Source: Octopus vulgaris
Lineage: Eukaryota
Direction: 5' to 3'
Assembly (NCBI GenBank): GCA_951406725.2
Contig: OX597832.1
Location: 20,708,001 to 20,772,000, forward strand
Length of the DNA: 64,000 bases
In this document: in pieces, positions 29,089 to 44,029 of the stretch
Layout of the letters: the number at the start of each line of letters is the position of its first letter
How positions within the stretch are numbered: position 1 is the first letter of the stretch
Notes under the pieces: generated by a model
Told to the model about the DNA's origin: nothing
Database searches by the model: none
The model's input: the letters and a program-made list of their open reading frames with translations, nothing else
Position numbers and translations under genes: made by a program

Positions 29089-29289
29089 CATACAGCCTCA
29101 TACAAGTGTCCGGAACACGGACACTTCAATAAAGAAACAACTAAAGAAGTACCAAATCCAGAATTTTAAAGGGTCCATCAGGGCCACCGGTTCAACCGGG
29201 GCAATCTCAGAATTATGGAAGCTTTGTTTATAAACAAGCTGAGAGGAGATCAGATCTATATGAAGCAAACTGTAGGGGACAGGAAGTAA
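29089..29289 (+). pseudogene. Probable second PLE GIY-YIG C-terminal remnant
   Basis: One frame reads ...HGHFNKETTKEVPNPEF*RVHQGHRFNRGNLRIMEALFINKLRG... LRIMEALFINKL resembles the R..E helix at the end of GIY-YIG domains. An HHR motif follows about 150 bp later. Confidence 0.5.
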
Positions 29290-29435
29290 CTACACGACAA
29301 GAGGAAGGGAAGAAGCAGACTGGTGTTGCTATAGGTACACCAGTCTGCGACTGTCGCCTTCCTCCTTCCGCTCCACATATTGTAGTCATTTCCCTTTATA
29401 TAACGGTATTTTTTCATAGCGTTTTTCAGATGGCC

Positions 29436-29498
29436 AGATAACCGAAGAAATGGTGTTGTGGATTTCCACTTCGGCATCTGAAACTCAGAGTTTTATCT
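29436..29498 (+). ncRNA. Minimal hammerhead ribozyme motif (mutated copy)
   Basis: AGATAA-CcGAAGA-[long stem II with gtgg-attt-ccac]-GAA-ACTC-a-GAGT-T-TTATCT. Stem I is 6 of 6 paired and stem III is palindromic. Confidence 0.7.
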
Positions 29499-29597
29499 TG
29501 ACTATTGAGTAATTGTAACATATTATTTTATATCATATGATCGAACGCCACGCATCCATTTCCAAGTAAGTTTTATCTATCTATCTATCTATCTATA

Positions 29598-29701
<104 letters not shown>

Positions 29702-29934
29702 CTTATACATATATATGTGCGTGTGTGTATTTATACATTTATATATACATTTATATATATATATATATACATACTTATATATATGTGTATATATATAACT
29801 TGTTTCCTATCACCCTCCCTATCCTTCGCTCTCTCTACCTCATTATTTCCGTGTTACGGAGCCATTAATTCTCTCTCAATTACTCACTCTTTTCATAAAT
29901 ACCTCCTTCGTTATCCTTTCAACTGCGTCCACAA

Positions 29935-29935
29935 G

Positions 29936-29967
<32 letters not shown>

Positions 29968-30995
29968 GCACCACCACCACCACGAACACCAATACCACTG
30001 CTCCTACTACTAATACTACCACACTTGTCAACAACACCACCACTACAAATTCCCTACTCTCACTATCAACACTAGTAGCACTTTCACAACAGCTGCTACT
30101 ACCGCAACCACATTCATGCCACCACAATCACCACCATTACTACCACCAACACCGCCATCACGAACAATTGTACTGCCATTAATGCCACTATTACCATCGA
30201 TATAGTTTACTACTACAACTGTCACCATCATACTCACCATTGCCATCATCAACACATCTATCACCGTCACCACCACTGTGCCATCCCCAACGCTGTCACA
30301 AATGCTACTATCACCATAGCTTGACCACCGCATGACCAACTCACCATCCTCTCAGCCATGATAACCAACCACTGTTACCTTAAACATCGTCGCCTCAATC
30401 ACTATTATCACCACCATCACCACCACCATCACCACCACCACCTGCCACTAACATCCCGTACTAAAAGCACTACCATTCCACCACTTCCACCATCAACTCC
30501 ATCACTACCACCACTACCACGACGACGACCACGACCACCACAACTACCACCACCACCACCACCACCATCACCTGACACTAACATCCCGTACTAAAAGTAC
30601 TACCATTTCACCACTTCCACCACCAACTTCATCACTACGACCATTACCACGACGACGACCACGACCATCGCCAGCTGCCACTAACATCCCGTACTAATAG
30701 CACAACCATTACCACCACTTACACCACCAACACCAACACCACCAACACCAACACCACCAACAACACCACCACCACCACCACTGCGACCAGTACCAAGAAC
30801 ATCAAAATTACAAACTCCACAACCACCATTACCACCAGCTCCCCTCTCCACCCCGACTACTATCACCAGCAACGCCATTAGTACGAAAACCATCAGGATC
30901 ATCATTACCATTTTCAAACATCACCACTGACCAACATCACCACTCCCACAACCACCACCACCACCACCATAACCATCACCACCATCCCCATCATC
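29935..30995. repeat. (ACT)/(ACC)-rich low-complexity block with internal 100-130-bp duplications
   Basis: cactaacatcccgtactaa recurs at 30446, 30576 and 30679. Confidence 0.85.
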
Positions 30996-32045
30996 AGTTT
31001 GCCAGAGACTCATTTTCGAAAACATCAATTTCCTCTCTGCCGTTTCTTCCAAACTCTAATTGACTGTCGTTTCTAACTAGGCAATGTTGATATGACATAA
31101 TCACGTGGAATTGCAGGGGAAGGCAGAGTTTCATGTCAACACTATAATTACGATCGTTGATCATTCCTTTATATTATTCTTTATTTTATTATTATTATTA
31201 TATTTTCCTTTCTGGCTTTTGTGGTTTGTGGCCGAGTTGTTAGGAAGACGTTTTTATAGGAAGTAACTGGCCGCTAATGTTGCACGATCATGGAGTTGAT
31301 GGTTTGGAAGGATGCTGGAATGGACGGGTTCGTGATTGTGACGGTAAATTCTTCACTGGCTCACTTGCTGCCTGTCTGGCGAGTTGCTTTAGATGATTGC
31401 TTCGAGAGAATTTGATGGTTGGTTTGCTAGTTTGCTGGCTCGTTGGTTGGTTGGTTAGTTGGTTCGATGGCTGGATGGTTGGTCGGTTAGTCGGTTGGAT
31501 GGCTGGTTAGATCGTTAGCTAGATGGATAGAGACGAAAGAGGGAGAGGAATGATAGGGGGGGTAGAGGTAGAAATATAAGTAGACCTCGAAGACTAAATG
31601 ATAATTGCAAAGACAATTATATGTTTGACTCGCTCTCTCCCTCCCATTCTGTTCTCTCTGTCTCCTTCTCACTCCCCCTCTCTCTCTCCTCCCTCTCTCT
31701 CTAAGTGGCTGCGTACTTCTCTGATTAGACATCTCACGCCGCCTGGACGATTTCCTTGCTTAGTAAGCAGCGTCACGTCTCTATAACAGATTGGATTGCC
31801 AGGCAGTTAGCTAGAGATTTTGATTTGTTGCGATTCGGGTCTTCAAATTGGTTGGTTCTGCACCTCCTTCTATGTCCAGGTCCTTTACTACTGGCTGATA
31901 AAAGCCAGAATTGTGCTGGTGTTTGTGTATCTTCCTACATATACATCCGCGACTATGTTTCTCTTCCTCTTATTTCTCCTCACTGACTCACGCATCCATG
32001 CTTATTTCTCTTTAACCTCACAGATAAGTAACGAATAATATAGAT

Positions 32046-32108
<63 letters not shown>

Positions 32109-32147
32109 CATAGATAGATAGACCGATAGATAGATCACTCTCTGCAT

Positions 32148-32350
32148 AATGTGACCGCGTGTGTACCGTTGGGGATTTTTTTCCTCTGTCTTCCCTTCTC
32201 TGGATCTTTCCTTTTCCTATGTTTCCGACGAAGAGCTCCGCTTGAAACGTTAAACCCTCCTTCTTTCCTTCTTTCTTGAGCGTCGAATAATACTATATTT
32301 GTTCCTCGTCCTCGCGTTGTGGTTTTTGTGCTTTCTTGTTTGGATTAACT
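32148..32350 (+). mobile_element. Short PLE-terminal-repeat-like element with HHR motif at 32221-32255
   Basis: GTTT-CcGACGA-a-GAGC-tcc-GCTT-GAAACGTT-AAAC. A homologous inverted copy lies at 42541-42728. Confidence 0.75.
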
Positions 32351-32381
32351 ATATATATATATATATATAGATATATATATT

Positions 32382-32421
<40 letters not shown>

Positions 32422-32445
32422 TGTGTGTGTGTGTATATATATATT

Positions 32446-32540
32446 CCTTTACTTGTTTCAGTCGTTTGACTGCAGCCATGCTGGAGCACCGCCTTTAGTC
32501 GAACAAATCGACCCTAGGACTTATTATTTGTAAGCCTAGT
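32446..32540 (-). mobile_element. SINE family A 3' tail fragment
   Basis: acttgtttcagtcgtttgactgcagccatgctggagcaccgcctttagtcga. Confidence 0.85.
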
Positions 32541-33280
32541 TTCTAAGCCATGTTTGCATATTTGCGCACTTTAGTTTTGCATTCATTAAGCAATAACCTA
32601 ACATTTCAAATTCCATATGAGCGCGCTCTCTTTATTTGCATTTCGTTTAAATATTTTGTTTTAGAAACAAAGAGCTTAACTTAGTCTTAAAAAAATACTT
32701 TGCTGCAATAAATTCCAATTATTGTTGCTGTTTATGTCATTCGAATTTAGAAACTTCGAGAAATGTCAGTCATGGTATATAACACTATTTGTAGAAACCT
32801 GTTTATTGTAAAGACAATTGGAGGACATCCTGCAGGCTGCTATACGGAAAAATGAAAATAAAAATAAAAACTCTTTCTGATAGGGTTCGAATATCAAAGG
32901 TAAGACCCCAGATATATCCTATTTGAAGGGTAATCAAATTTGAGGTGTAGTCTATGTAAAGCTCCAAGCATTCGTTCAGTGAGTGTATTCAGAGAATGGT
33001 TCTGTCTGATGTGAATTTTCTCATTTAAACATGCATGCATACACATAAGATATAAAGACAAGAACATATGTGTACAACTATTCATATATGCATTAGCATA
33101 TATGTTTGAATATATGTATGTATGTAGGGATTTATGTACGTATTCATACATAAGTATATACGTGTGTTTGTGTGTGTATAAATATATACATATATATCTA
33201 TATACACGCAGGATACATACAAACATGTATATGTGTGGGGTAGGTCATTGTTTGTATTTGAGTATGCGTGCATTACACAC

Positions 33281-33327
<47 letters not shown>

Positions 33328-33350
33328 CACATAGACATACACACATACAC

Positions 33351-33388
<38 letters not shown>

Positions 33389-34340
33389 GCACACACACAA
33401 ATATTCTTACACATATACTTCTATAATGGTAAACAGAGGATCTAGCGAGAGTATCCGAAGTGCTGAATAGACTTTTAATATCCTACGATATATATAGATA
33501 TACCAGCATAAAAATATGTGTACGTATGAGTGTGTGTACGTTTGTATATTGGTATTTGTATATATAAATATGTGAGCGTGAATGCTTTAGCAGAACCATG
33601 TGCCACAGGAATTTCAAATACTTTTTTTGTTTCGTCTCCTTTGGTGGTTTCTTATTGAAAGTAACAGTTACAATGTCGACATATGTTTATATAAAAATCT
33701 CTTGAGAACAATGGCTTTACAGGAATTGTTACTTTCTATCCCTTTATAACTTGTACGGTTGAAGAGAGAGAGAGAGAGAGGGAGAAAAAAAAAAGCAGCG
33801 TCACAAAAGACGTATTAAAGAGCAAATTCTCAAAAGCATTTTATCACAAAGATTTTTCTCACTTCTTGAATAAATATACACAGCAAAGTGATACGAATAA
33901 ACGATATGACAGTAAAGATGATGATAGTAATATTATTATTAATAGTAGTAGCGTTAATTAATACTACTACTGATACTAATAATAATGAAGAGGACATGGG
34001 TGTTAGGAGAAGATATTGAAGCAAAAGATAATAAAATGAACTGCGAAAATATCCACACTAAGAGATATGGGAAAAAAATGCAGAAGGGATATGGGATATG
34101 AAAATATAAAAAAAACCCTACATATACATATATACATACATACTTGCATATATGTATAGTAATATATCTATATCTATATATATATTTGTGAGTGTGTGTA
34201 AATATATATATATATCTATATCTATATATATATGTGTGTGTATATGTATACATATATATATATATATATTGTTATATATATATATATATATAGTATAGAT
34301 AGATGGATAGATAGATAGATATTGATATATATATATATAG

Positions 34341-34436
<96 letters not shown>

Positions 34437-34969
34437 GGATAGTTAGAGAGAGATAGATAGATTGATAGATAGGTAGATAGATAGATAGGTAGATACACTA
34501 TATATACACACATACGCATATAGATATATACGTATATATAAATATGTATATGTGTGTGCAGGTGTGTGCGTTTTTGCGTGCGTATGCTTGTGTGTGTGTG
34601 TGTGTGTGCATTTGAAATAGCGTAGGCTTGTTGGCAAAGAGAATGTGATGTGTACCTTACTTTTATCCTGCAGAAAAAAAGGGGGAAAACATACCTGTGC
34701 AGAACAAACATTTATTTTAGGAGAGTAAGGACGCAATACGTAACCAATGCTAACACATATTCATAGCTTTTGGTCATCCCTCATATACACTGGCCTTCCT
34801 TATACACACACACACACACACAGCATGCACACAGTAGACACGCACGCGCACACATACACAGACATACAAATATACCCTCGCAGCCTCTCTCCTTCTCTCC
34901 CTCTCTCTCTCTCTCTCTCATACTCTCTATCTCTCTCACATATACACACATGTTTTCATTCTTTCATTC

Positions 34970-35160
34970 TTTTCATTCATTTGACTACGGCTGAGCTGCA
35001 GCACCGCCTCTAGTCGAACAAATCCACCGCGAAATTTATTCTTTGTAAACTTAGTACCTATTCTATTGGTCTGTTTTGCCGAATCGCTAAGTAACGGAGG
35101 CCTAAGTATACCAAAATCGGTTGTCAAGGGATGGTGAGGCACAAACACAGACACACAAAT
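34970..35160 (-). mobile_element. SINE family A 3' half, diverged
   Basis: gcagcaccgcctctagtcgaacaaat...ttttgccgaatcgctaagtaacgg...ggttgtcaag. Confidence 0.8.
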
Positions 35161-35184
35161 ACATACACATATACATACATATAT

Positions 35185-35231
<47 letters not shown>

Positions 35232-35527
35232 TATATATATATGTATGTATATACACACACACATATATATAAGTATATATATATATATATTTATGTATTT
35301 ATAATTAATCAATATAGGGTGGCAAAGAAATTACAGGGTAAAAGTTTTTCAATTTTCTCCTGGTTTACGGTATTAATGTTATTTTGCGGTTAAAGCTTTT
35401 GGCTGTTATTTCTAGTGGGTGAATGGCCTATTATGGCCGTTCCTTGATTGTGATGTTTATGTATTTATATATATATATTTATGTATTTATATATATATAT
35501 TTATGTATTTATATATATATATTTATG

Positions 35528-35835
<308 letters not shown>

Positions 35836-36166
35836 AAATTTTCTGCATGGTAAAACACGGAGACATATTATGTGTTTTTGCTTTTATATTTTCTTTTCGC
35901 ATTCCATAATTTCTAAACGTACACAATAACACCCATTAAAAGGTATGTAACCCTGAAATATACATATATATATTAATCCATCCATACATACAAACATACA
36001 TAGATACATACTTACATATATACACGCACATATACATACACATATATAATACAGAGATAGAGATATACACGAAGATTTATGAAGATGAACATACAGATAA
36101 ACACACAGATAGACAGACAGACAGACAAACAGACGGATGGATAGACGGACGGACGAACAGACAGAC

Positions 36167-36247
<81 letters not shown>

Positions 36248-36299
36248 TACATTGACAAAAAGACACAGACAGGCAGAAAGACACACATATTGATAGATT

Positions 36300-36353
<54 letters not shown>

Positions 36354-36899
36354 GAGAGAGTGATAGGTAGATAAGTAGGTAGGTAGGTAGGTAGGTAGGA
36401 TGTAGGTAGATAAATATAGATACATGTACATAATATACATATCTGTGTGTGTGTGTGTGTGTGTATGTGCCTATAAATATACACAACTGGTTTACAATCC
36501 TTGTTTACATCCATTTATGCCTAGACTCATACACAGACTTTCATACACATTCACTTGATAAATAAATATTATTCTATGAGTGTCCCCTTATTTTATGAAA
36601 AAACACATTTACAAGAACATAAAACTTGTTTTTGTGCCATCTTTCACATTGCTCAAATGTTCAGATTTTAGGATAAAAATCAACATAACATTTTATTTTC
36701 AGACATGAAAAATAAATTTAGAAAATGAAATATAGAACTACACAGTTAAAGCTAAAAAAATAAACAAGAAAATAAACTTCAGAAAAGAAAAATACCTATG
36801 TTTCAGAATCTCTTTTCAGATATATTGTGGTATGTTTTTTTCATTATTGTTGCACATCATGGATGTTACAACTTATTGGTATTTGAAATAAACGAATAT

Positions 36900-36931
<32 letters not shown>

Positions 36932-37005
36932 TGTATGTATGTATGTATGTATGTATGTATGTATGTATGTATGTATGTATGAATGTATGTATGTATGTTT
37001 GTATA

Positions 37006-37041
<36 letters not shown>

Positions 37042-37170
37042 TTTGTATATATGTATATGTATTTGTATATATGTATATGTATTTGTATATATGTATATAT
37101 TTGTATATATGTATATGTATTTGTATATATATATATGTATATATATATTTATATGTATATATATATAATG

Positions 37171-37216
<46 letters not shown>

Positions 37217-37429
37217 GATGTATATGTATATATTAAAACATGTATATATATATATATATATAATGATAAAAAGCAAACATCCAATCAACATCATGGCGGT
37301 TGGAGTGATCGCTAGTGATGGCGACGTTATATCCTGCATCGTCTCACACGGCCTCAGACACAACACGAAGGCCTACAGACTTATGAAAACAGATATACAT
37401 AAAGCACTTATATCTAAATGAATGCACGA

Positions 37430-37467
<38 letters not shown>

Positions 37468-38179
37468 ATCCATGCATCCACAAATACCGAGTGGGAGTGA
37501 TATTGGAGAATACTTTTCATTTCCTTCAGATGCCCCTTGGCAAGAAATGTGAGGCAGTTATTGTTGCCATCTTCGCAAATGCTGCTAGATGTTTTTGACA
37601 CTATGGTCTATAAGCTATGGAAGGATCTGATGGGAATCTTTCCACTACATCAAAGAGAAAGAAAGCATTCTTAACTTTTGGATACCATAAGAATACTGTA
37701 ATCCATCTTACGAGTTCCAAATATTACTGATGCTAATATCTGAAATATCACAGGGGGCCATCGCCAAAGGCATTTAGATGTCGGGTTTGACAATAGAGCC
37801 ATGGTACACGAGGATATTCTTTGCAAATGGTATCTAGTAAGGAGCTGCTAAGCCATATCTGCAGACATAACTTTTGAATCATGTGAAGCGGTTACATAAC
37901 GAGTTTAAAAATCCTCACCAGCATGTCCATAATTTGTGTCTCGTCCGACGTGAGAGCCTCCCTTCAAGGCCAAACGTCTAACTTAGGAAATTACAGATGG
38001 TTATACGCAAACGTTTCTGATATTTTGTGAACGATAAACATTAAGTTTCTAGCAGCAGTGATATGGATGGTGTTAAGTAACAATTGTCATCGCTTATCAT
38101 CTAACAACTGATAATAAATGCTACTGGATTCCATTCAGGTGCCGGAAAAAATCGGTTGAAGAATGCAGATAAAGGAATA

Positions 38180-38480
38180 ACATAGGTGTTTCAACAAAAC
38201 TCAGCGGCTTCTCAGAAAGTCCAAGTAACACAAGAACGGATCACTAATAATATTTACAATCGTGTAACATCAAACTTGTGGGGGTGAAAACACGTTAGGT
38301 TTAAATCCTATGGACTACTGCGTTTGAAGCATTATTCAAAGGGAGACTAGCCGACATTTTCACAATAAAGTAGTTTCATCGGGAGCCGACAGTGAATAAC
38401 AGTCACAGAGTGCATGTGTGGCAATGTATCCTGCTCCGCATTAATGTAATCAACGAAATTGAAGGTAGAGCCACATAAAA
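38180..38480 (+). pseudogene. Decayed Tc1/mariner (DD37D-like) transposase C-terminus
   Basis: VFQQNSAASQKVQVTQERITNNIYNRVTSNLW..., then after a frameshift LNPMDYCV*SIIQRETSRHFHN. Same type as 23610-24290 and may extend upstream. Confidence 0.7.
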
Positions 38481-38799
38481 AAAATTTCGAAGAAAAAATA
38501 CTTTTATTACCATCAATTTGTTTGTCAAGAGATTAGTTTTTAAATAAATTATCAGATATATATATATATACATATGGAAAAAGTCAACATAGAAAATGCT
38601 AAAATAATTTTATAAAAAACATTTCAATACCGGTTTCAGTCATTGAGACTTTTTCAACTGTAAGTATGGAAAACAATTAAATTTTGATAAAAATTAAAAG
38701 AAAAGTTTTTTAAAATCATATTTGCATAGCGTTCAAATACAAGTGGCATTTTCCTTGTTTTTGCGTGTTTCTCTCCCTTTTGTTTACTCTTGTGGGTAC

Positions 38800-38862
<63 letters not shown>

Positions 38863-39716
38863 TATGTGTGAGTGTGTTTGTGTGTGTGTGTGTGTGTTTG
38901 TATATATGTATGTATGCATGTATATGAAAGCTGCGCATTGGAAATAATTTTCGGTATTATTAATTCACTGTTACACGTGTATCATCTGCTAATAGGATTT
39001 GCAAGATCGTGCATGTAATAAAAAAAAAAGCATGCAAGGTAATTTCTATTATTTATTCCTCAACCAGAGAATCAAATAAAAATTTTGGGAGTAATGGAAT
39101 AAGATATGCTTCACGAGGACGCATGGATTATAACGCTTCTGGATAAAGCTATGCATAATGGCGCATAAACACTAGGTTAGTAAAACATTTTGAATACTAG
39201 ATTTCGAAACCTGGCCGTGAAATTTGAACCCAAATTATTTGTAAATATTGGATATGTTTTACTATGGAGCTAAAGCAATCTTTAGAATTTCTCTATCCGT
39301 TTTAGAATCTTTGTTCTTACCAATGATAATAGAAAGCTGTTTATCTCACAAGAATTTGCGAAAATTCGTTTTTAAAAATGGAGTTCGAATTTCATAAAGC
39401 TATAAATATATGCATACATATATATGTGTGTGTATGTGTCTTTGTGTGTGTGTGTGTGTATGTGCGTGTGCGATACGTGCGCATGTGCGTGAGTTTCTTT
39501 ATAAAATAAAAATCGAAAGAGAAAGTTCAAGGAACAGCAAACGTATTCCATTTTGACGACCAAGTAGTAAATGTAGCAAACCTTGACGTTTCGAACCTAT
39601 GCTCATCCGCACAAAGAATGAGAAAAGAAAACAGGTGGTGAAAGGAAAAATGTATAGAACACATGCTCACCCCCCCTCACACATAGATAAATACATACAT
39701 GCATACACATGCATAT

Positions 39717-39781
<65 letters not shown>

Positions 39782-39916
39782 GGAATATGATTCCAAACTT
39801 ACAGGGAAAAATTCAATTTGGTAATACTAAATAAAATTTCACAATATATAATATATGTATATAAATTTTTTCTATATAGTATGATTTAATTATATCATTC
39901 CTGAATTGCTATATAT

Positions 39917-39959
<43 letters not shown>

Positions 39960-40759
39960 GTATATACATATTAAAATGTTTTTTTCTTCAATAGATAATT
40001 CGCGCAGTTTTATGTATGTATTTTCGTAGGGTAGAAAATTATTATATTTTATTCAAGAATAGCATAGCAAGTGACTTCGAAGTTGCGTGCTGCTAAGCTA
40101 TCATGCTTATGTATGCATATATCCTTTCAGATAAATAAATATGTGTATGTGTATATCTTTGAGCGCGCGTGTATCTATATATACATACATATATATATAT
40201 ATATGTGTGTGTGTGTATTTATATATACGTAAATACATACACAATACATACATACGCGCATACATATAGATATGCATAGATACATTCAATGTGTGCGTTT
40301 GTGTAAGTCTTCAAGTAGATAAGTTTCAACAGTCCACCAAACATGGCCACAGTTATATAATACAATCGCAGAAACACAAACTTGAAATAAAGCTCTATAT
40401 AATGCAAGTAATACAACGCTAATTGGATTTTGCAGACATGGGTACACAATTATTATATGGTGTATATAAACATATCTCTAACTCTATGGGTGCACATGTG
40501 TATCTGTGTATGTGTGTCTGTTTTCGTATGTGTGTTTGTGTAAATGTGTACATAAGTTTGTAAACTCATAAATAGCATCCATTGAATTGCGAGAATTATG
40601 TCTTAGTATATTAGAAGACAAATTCGACAGGAAATCGCGTTAATTTCGCAGATACAGATCTCTGAAACACTGGATATTCCGGAAACCCATACGATACATA
40701 CATACATATATATCTATATATCTATCTATAGATATATTTATACATATATACATATATGC

Positions 40760-40818
<59 letters not shown>

Positions 40819-40851
40819 TGCATATATATATATATACATATATATATATAC

Positions 40852-40891
<40 letters not shown>

Positions 40892-41040
40892 GTACAAATA
40901 TATATATATCCATACGTATGTATATGATCGTGTATATATATATATATGTGTGTGTGTATAAATCATTATATATATATATTATATATATATATATAGGTAT
41001 GTATCTATGTATATATATATATATATATATAATACATATG

Positions 41041-41098
<58 letters not shown>

Positions 41099-41743
41099 TA
41101 TGTATATATATATATACATATATGTATATGTGTGTGTATATATATATATATATATATGAAATCATGTGTGTGTGTCTGATGCTAATCCCGATAATTAACT
41201 ACAAATTATCTTTCAACACACAGGAAGTGTTTATTGTTAGTATATTTCAATTCTTCTTATTTCCAATTAATTAACGCTTAGTCGAACCCTTGATAGCCAC
41301 GTATCAAACACGTACATTCTTTTGATAGAAATATCTGCGATAAGTTCAATACCGATGTCGCAGATAGCGTAGGTTGCTTCTGTACAGATAACGAACAGAA
41401 CAAAGCCAGAATCATGGAATTCTTCAGAAAGAACTGCTGCATAGATCGAGCCGATACATACATACATACATACATACATACATACATACATACATACATA
41501 CATACACACATACATACATACATACATACATACATACATACATACATACATAATTCGTTCATATGTACATATCAGCATAAATACTCACACATATATACAC
41601 ACACTCGCATATATGCGTACAATCACACACACACATAAATATATATATGTATATATACACATATACTTATGTATATATATATACATACATATATTTATGT
41701 ATATATATGCGCGTGTCTATGTGAGTATGTATATACAAAGAAT

Positions 41744-41886
<143 letters not shown>

Positions 41887-41898
41887 TATATAGATAGA

Positions 41899-41930
<32 letters not shown>

Positions 41931-42475
41931 TAGATAGATACATGAAAACATACATACATGCACACATACATATATGTCTTAATACATAGACGGATATGTT
42001 ACGCATCCCATAATATGTATGCCGTACAGGGCCACTCACAGAGATATGCGCTGAGAAAGAGAAGAGGGAGAGAGAGAAACTGCAAAACAGAGAGAATGGC
42101 AAATAAATAGATAGACAGATTCATACACATGTTTGTGTGTGTGTATTTGCGAAGTCTGTGTGTGTGTCTGTGTGTGTTTGTGTTTGTAGAAAATGCATCA
42201 GAGTATGTTAAGCATCTAATAAATAATATATTCTTTTCTTCTCTAGGCACAAGGCCCGAGATCGATCCCAATACGCAAATGGTACATGATTTATTTAAAT
42301 TGACAACCAAGAATCGGTAAATCTAGTACCTAGCTTTCGGACTATTCAGACACGTTTATAATCGTAAATTTGGTTCGTCTTCTTAAGTTAAATTTAGCTG
42401 GACAATATTTCAAATGTTGCTACATCAATGCCAGTATACTCACCTGAAAGCCTAGCCGTTAACGGAACTGATATT

Positions 42476-42529
<54 letters not shown>

Positions 42530-42540
42530 TATACACATAT

Positions 42541-42728
42541 ATATACACAATAACACGAGGACGTGGAACAAGTCTACAGTTATTGGACGCTCAAGAAAGA
42601 AAAGAAAGAAGGGGGAGTTAACGTTTTGAGCGGAGCTCTTCGTCAGAAACATAGAAAATGAAAGAACTGAGGAAGGGAAGACGGAGGAAAAGAAAATCGC
42701 CAACGATACATACTCGGTCACATATTGA
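42541..42728 (-). mobile_element. Second copy of the HHR-bearing short element (HHR at 42616-42650)
   Basis: Minus strand: gttt-CTGACGA-a-GAGC-tcc-GCTC-aAAACGTT-aact. Colinear with 32148-32350. Confidence 0.75.
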
Positions 42729-42748
42729 ATCTCTAATTTATATATATA

Positions 42749-42812
<64 letters not shown>

Positions 42813-43024
42813 GAATTAGAGATGAAACCACTATTATGCAATTCAAAACAATGTTAGACATAAGCAAAAACATAAATAACAAATAGAAAACATTTTTATA
42901 AAATATATTTTGTTATTTATATTTTATTTTTATTTATATATGTATTTAGTGAAATTTGATTTAATACTAAATTGAATTGTTCCCAGTAAGTTTGGAGTGA
43001 TACACCCTAATATTATTGTTGTTG

Positions 43025-43079
<55 letters not shown>

Positions 43080-43107
43080 TATTATTACTATTATTATTAC
43101 TATTATT

Positions 43108-43138
<31 letters not shown>

Positions 43139-43143
43139 TTATC

Positions 43144-43247
43144 TTTTTTTTTCTTCCTTCAAATTTGCTTCCATTTCTTGCCGAGTGTCTTCCCGACTCC
43201 TAGGGCAAAGAAACTCATAGTATACATTGGTAGGCCATTAAACTGAT
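43144..43247 (-). mobile_element. Probable 5'-truncated non-LTR retroelement 3' end inserted in (TAA)n
   Basis: About 100 bp of complex sequence ending in an A-run on the minus strand, with (TAT)n on both sides. Confidence 0.45.
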
Positions 43248-43270
43248 ATTATTATTATTATTATTATTAC

Positions 43271-43351
<81 letters not shown>

Positions 43352-43796
43352 CATCATCATTATATATGATCCATATTTTGCAAGTCTGTATGATTTACAA
43401 TAAAACTTCTCTTCAACCTTTTTTACGCAGATGTTTCACCCAGTGATGCCAACAATAAGTTCACTGGCATCATTCCATATTACTACTATCTTTCTATATT
43501 ACACACAAACCAAAAAAAAAAAAACTCCTGGTTACATTCAAGAATAACGTTAGTGGAGTTCCTTTTATCTCTTCAATGACACGAATGGCTGTCAGCTGCA
43601 TCTTATCGTAACGTATTTTAATGAGATGTTTTTATCAGCGATTTTAGTAAATGTTGTAATTGTCATATATGTAATTTTTTTTTAAATCTGTAATTGTCAC
43701 CTTTTGTTTATTGCACTTCTGACAACACTGTGTATGTATATAGACATATATGCATACATATACATACATACATGCATACATACATACAAGCATACA

Positions 43797-43834
<38 letters not shown>

Positions 43835-44029
43835 TACAGAGAGAGAGAGGGGGGGCGAGGAAAAGATGCAGAGGTGAGTGAAGGGAGAGGGAAAAGAGAG
43901 GGAAAGAATGAGAGGTAGAGAGAAAGATGGAGCGGTTGATATAGATACATTTATGAGGTGGTATATATTTGTATTTTACCTGTAGATACAGATACATGTA
44001 TGTCTGTGCATGCTTCCTTTAACTTCGCT

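Noticed and set aside
29940-30990. Mucin- or extensin-like Thr/Pro-rich coding exon
   Set aside because: Stops interrupt the frames, and the composition is explained by (ACC)/(ACT) repeat expansion.
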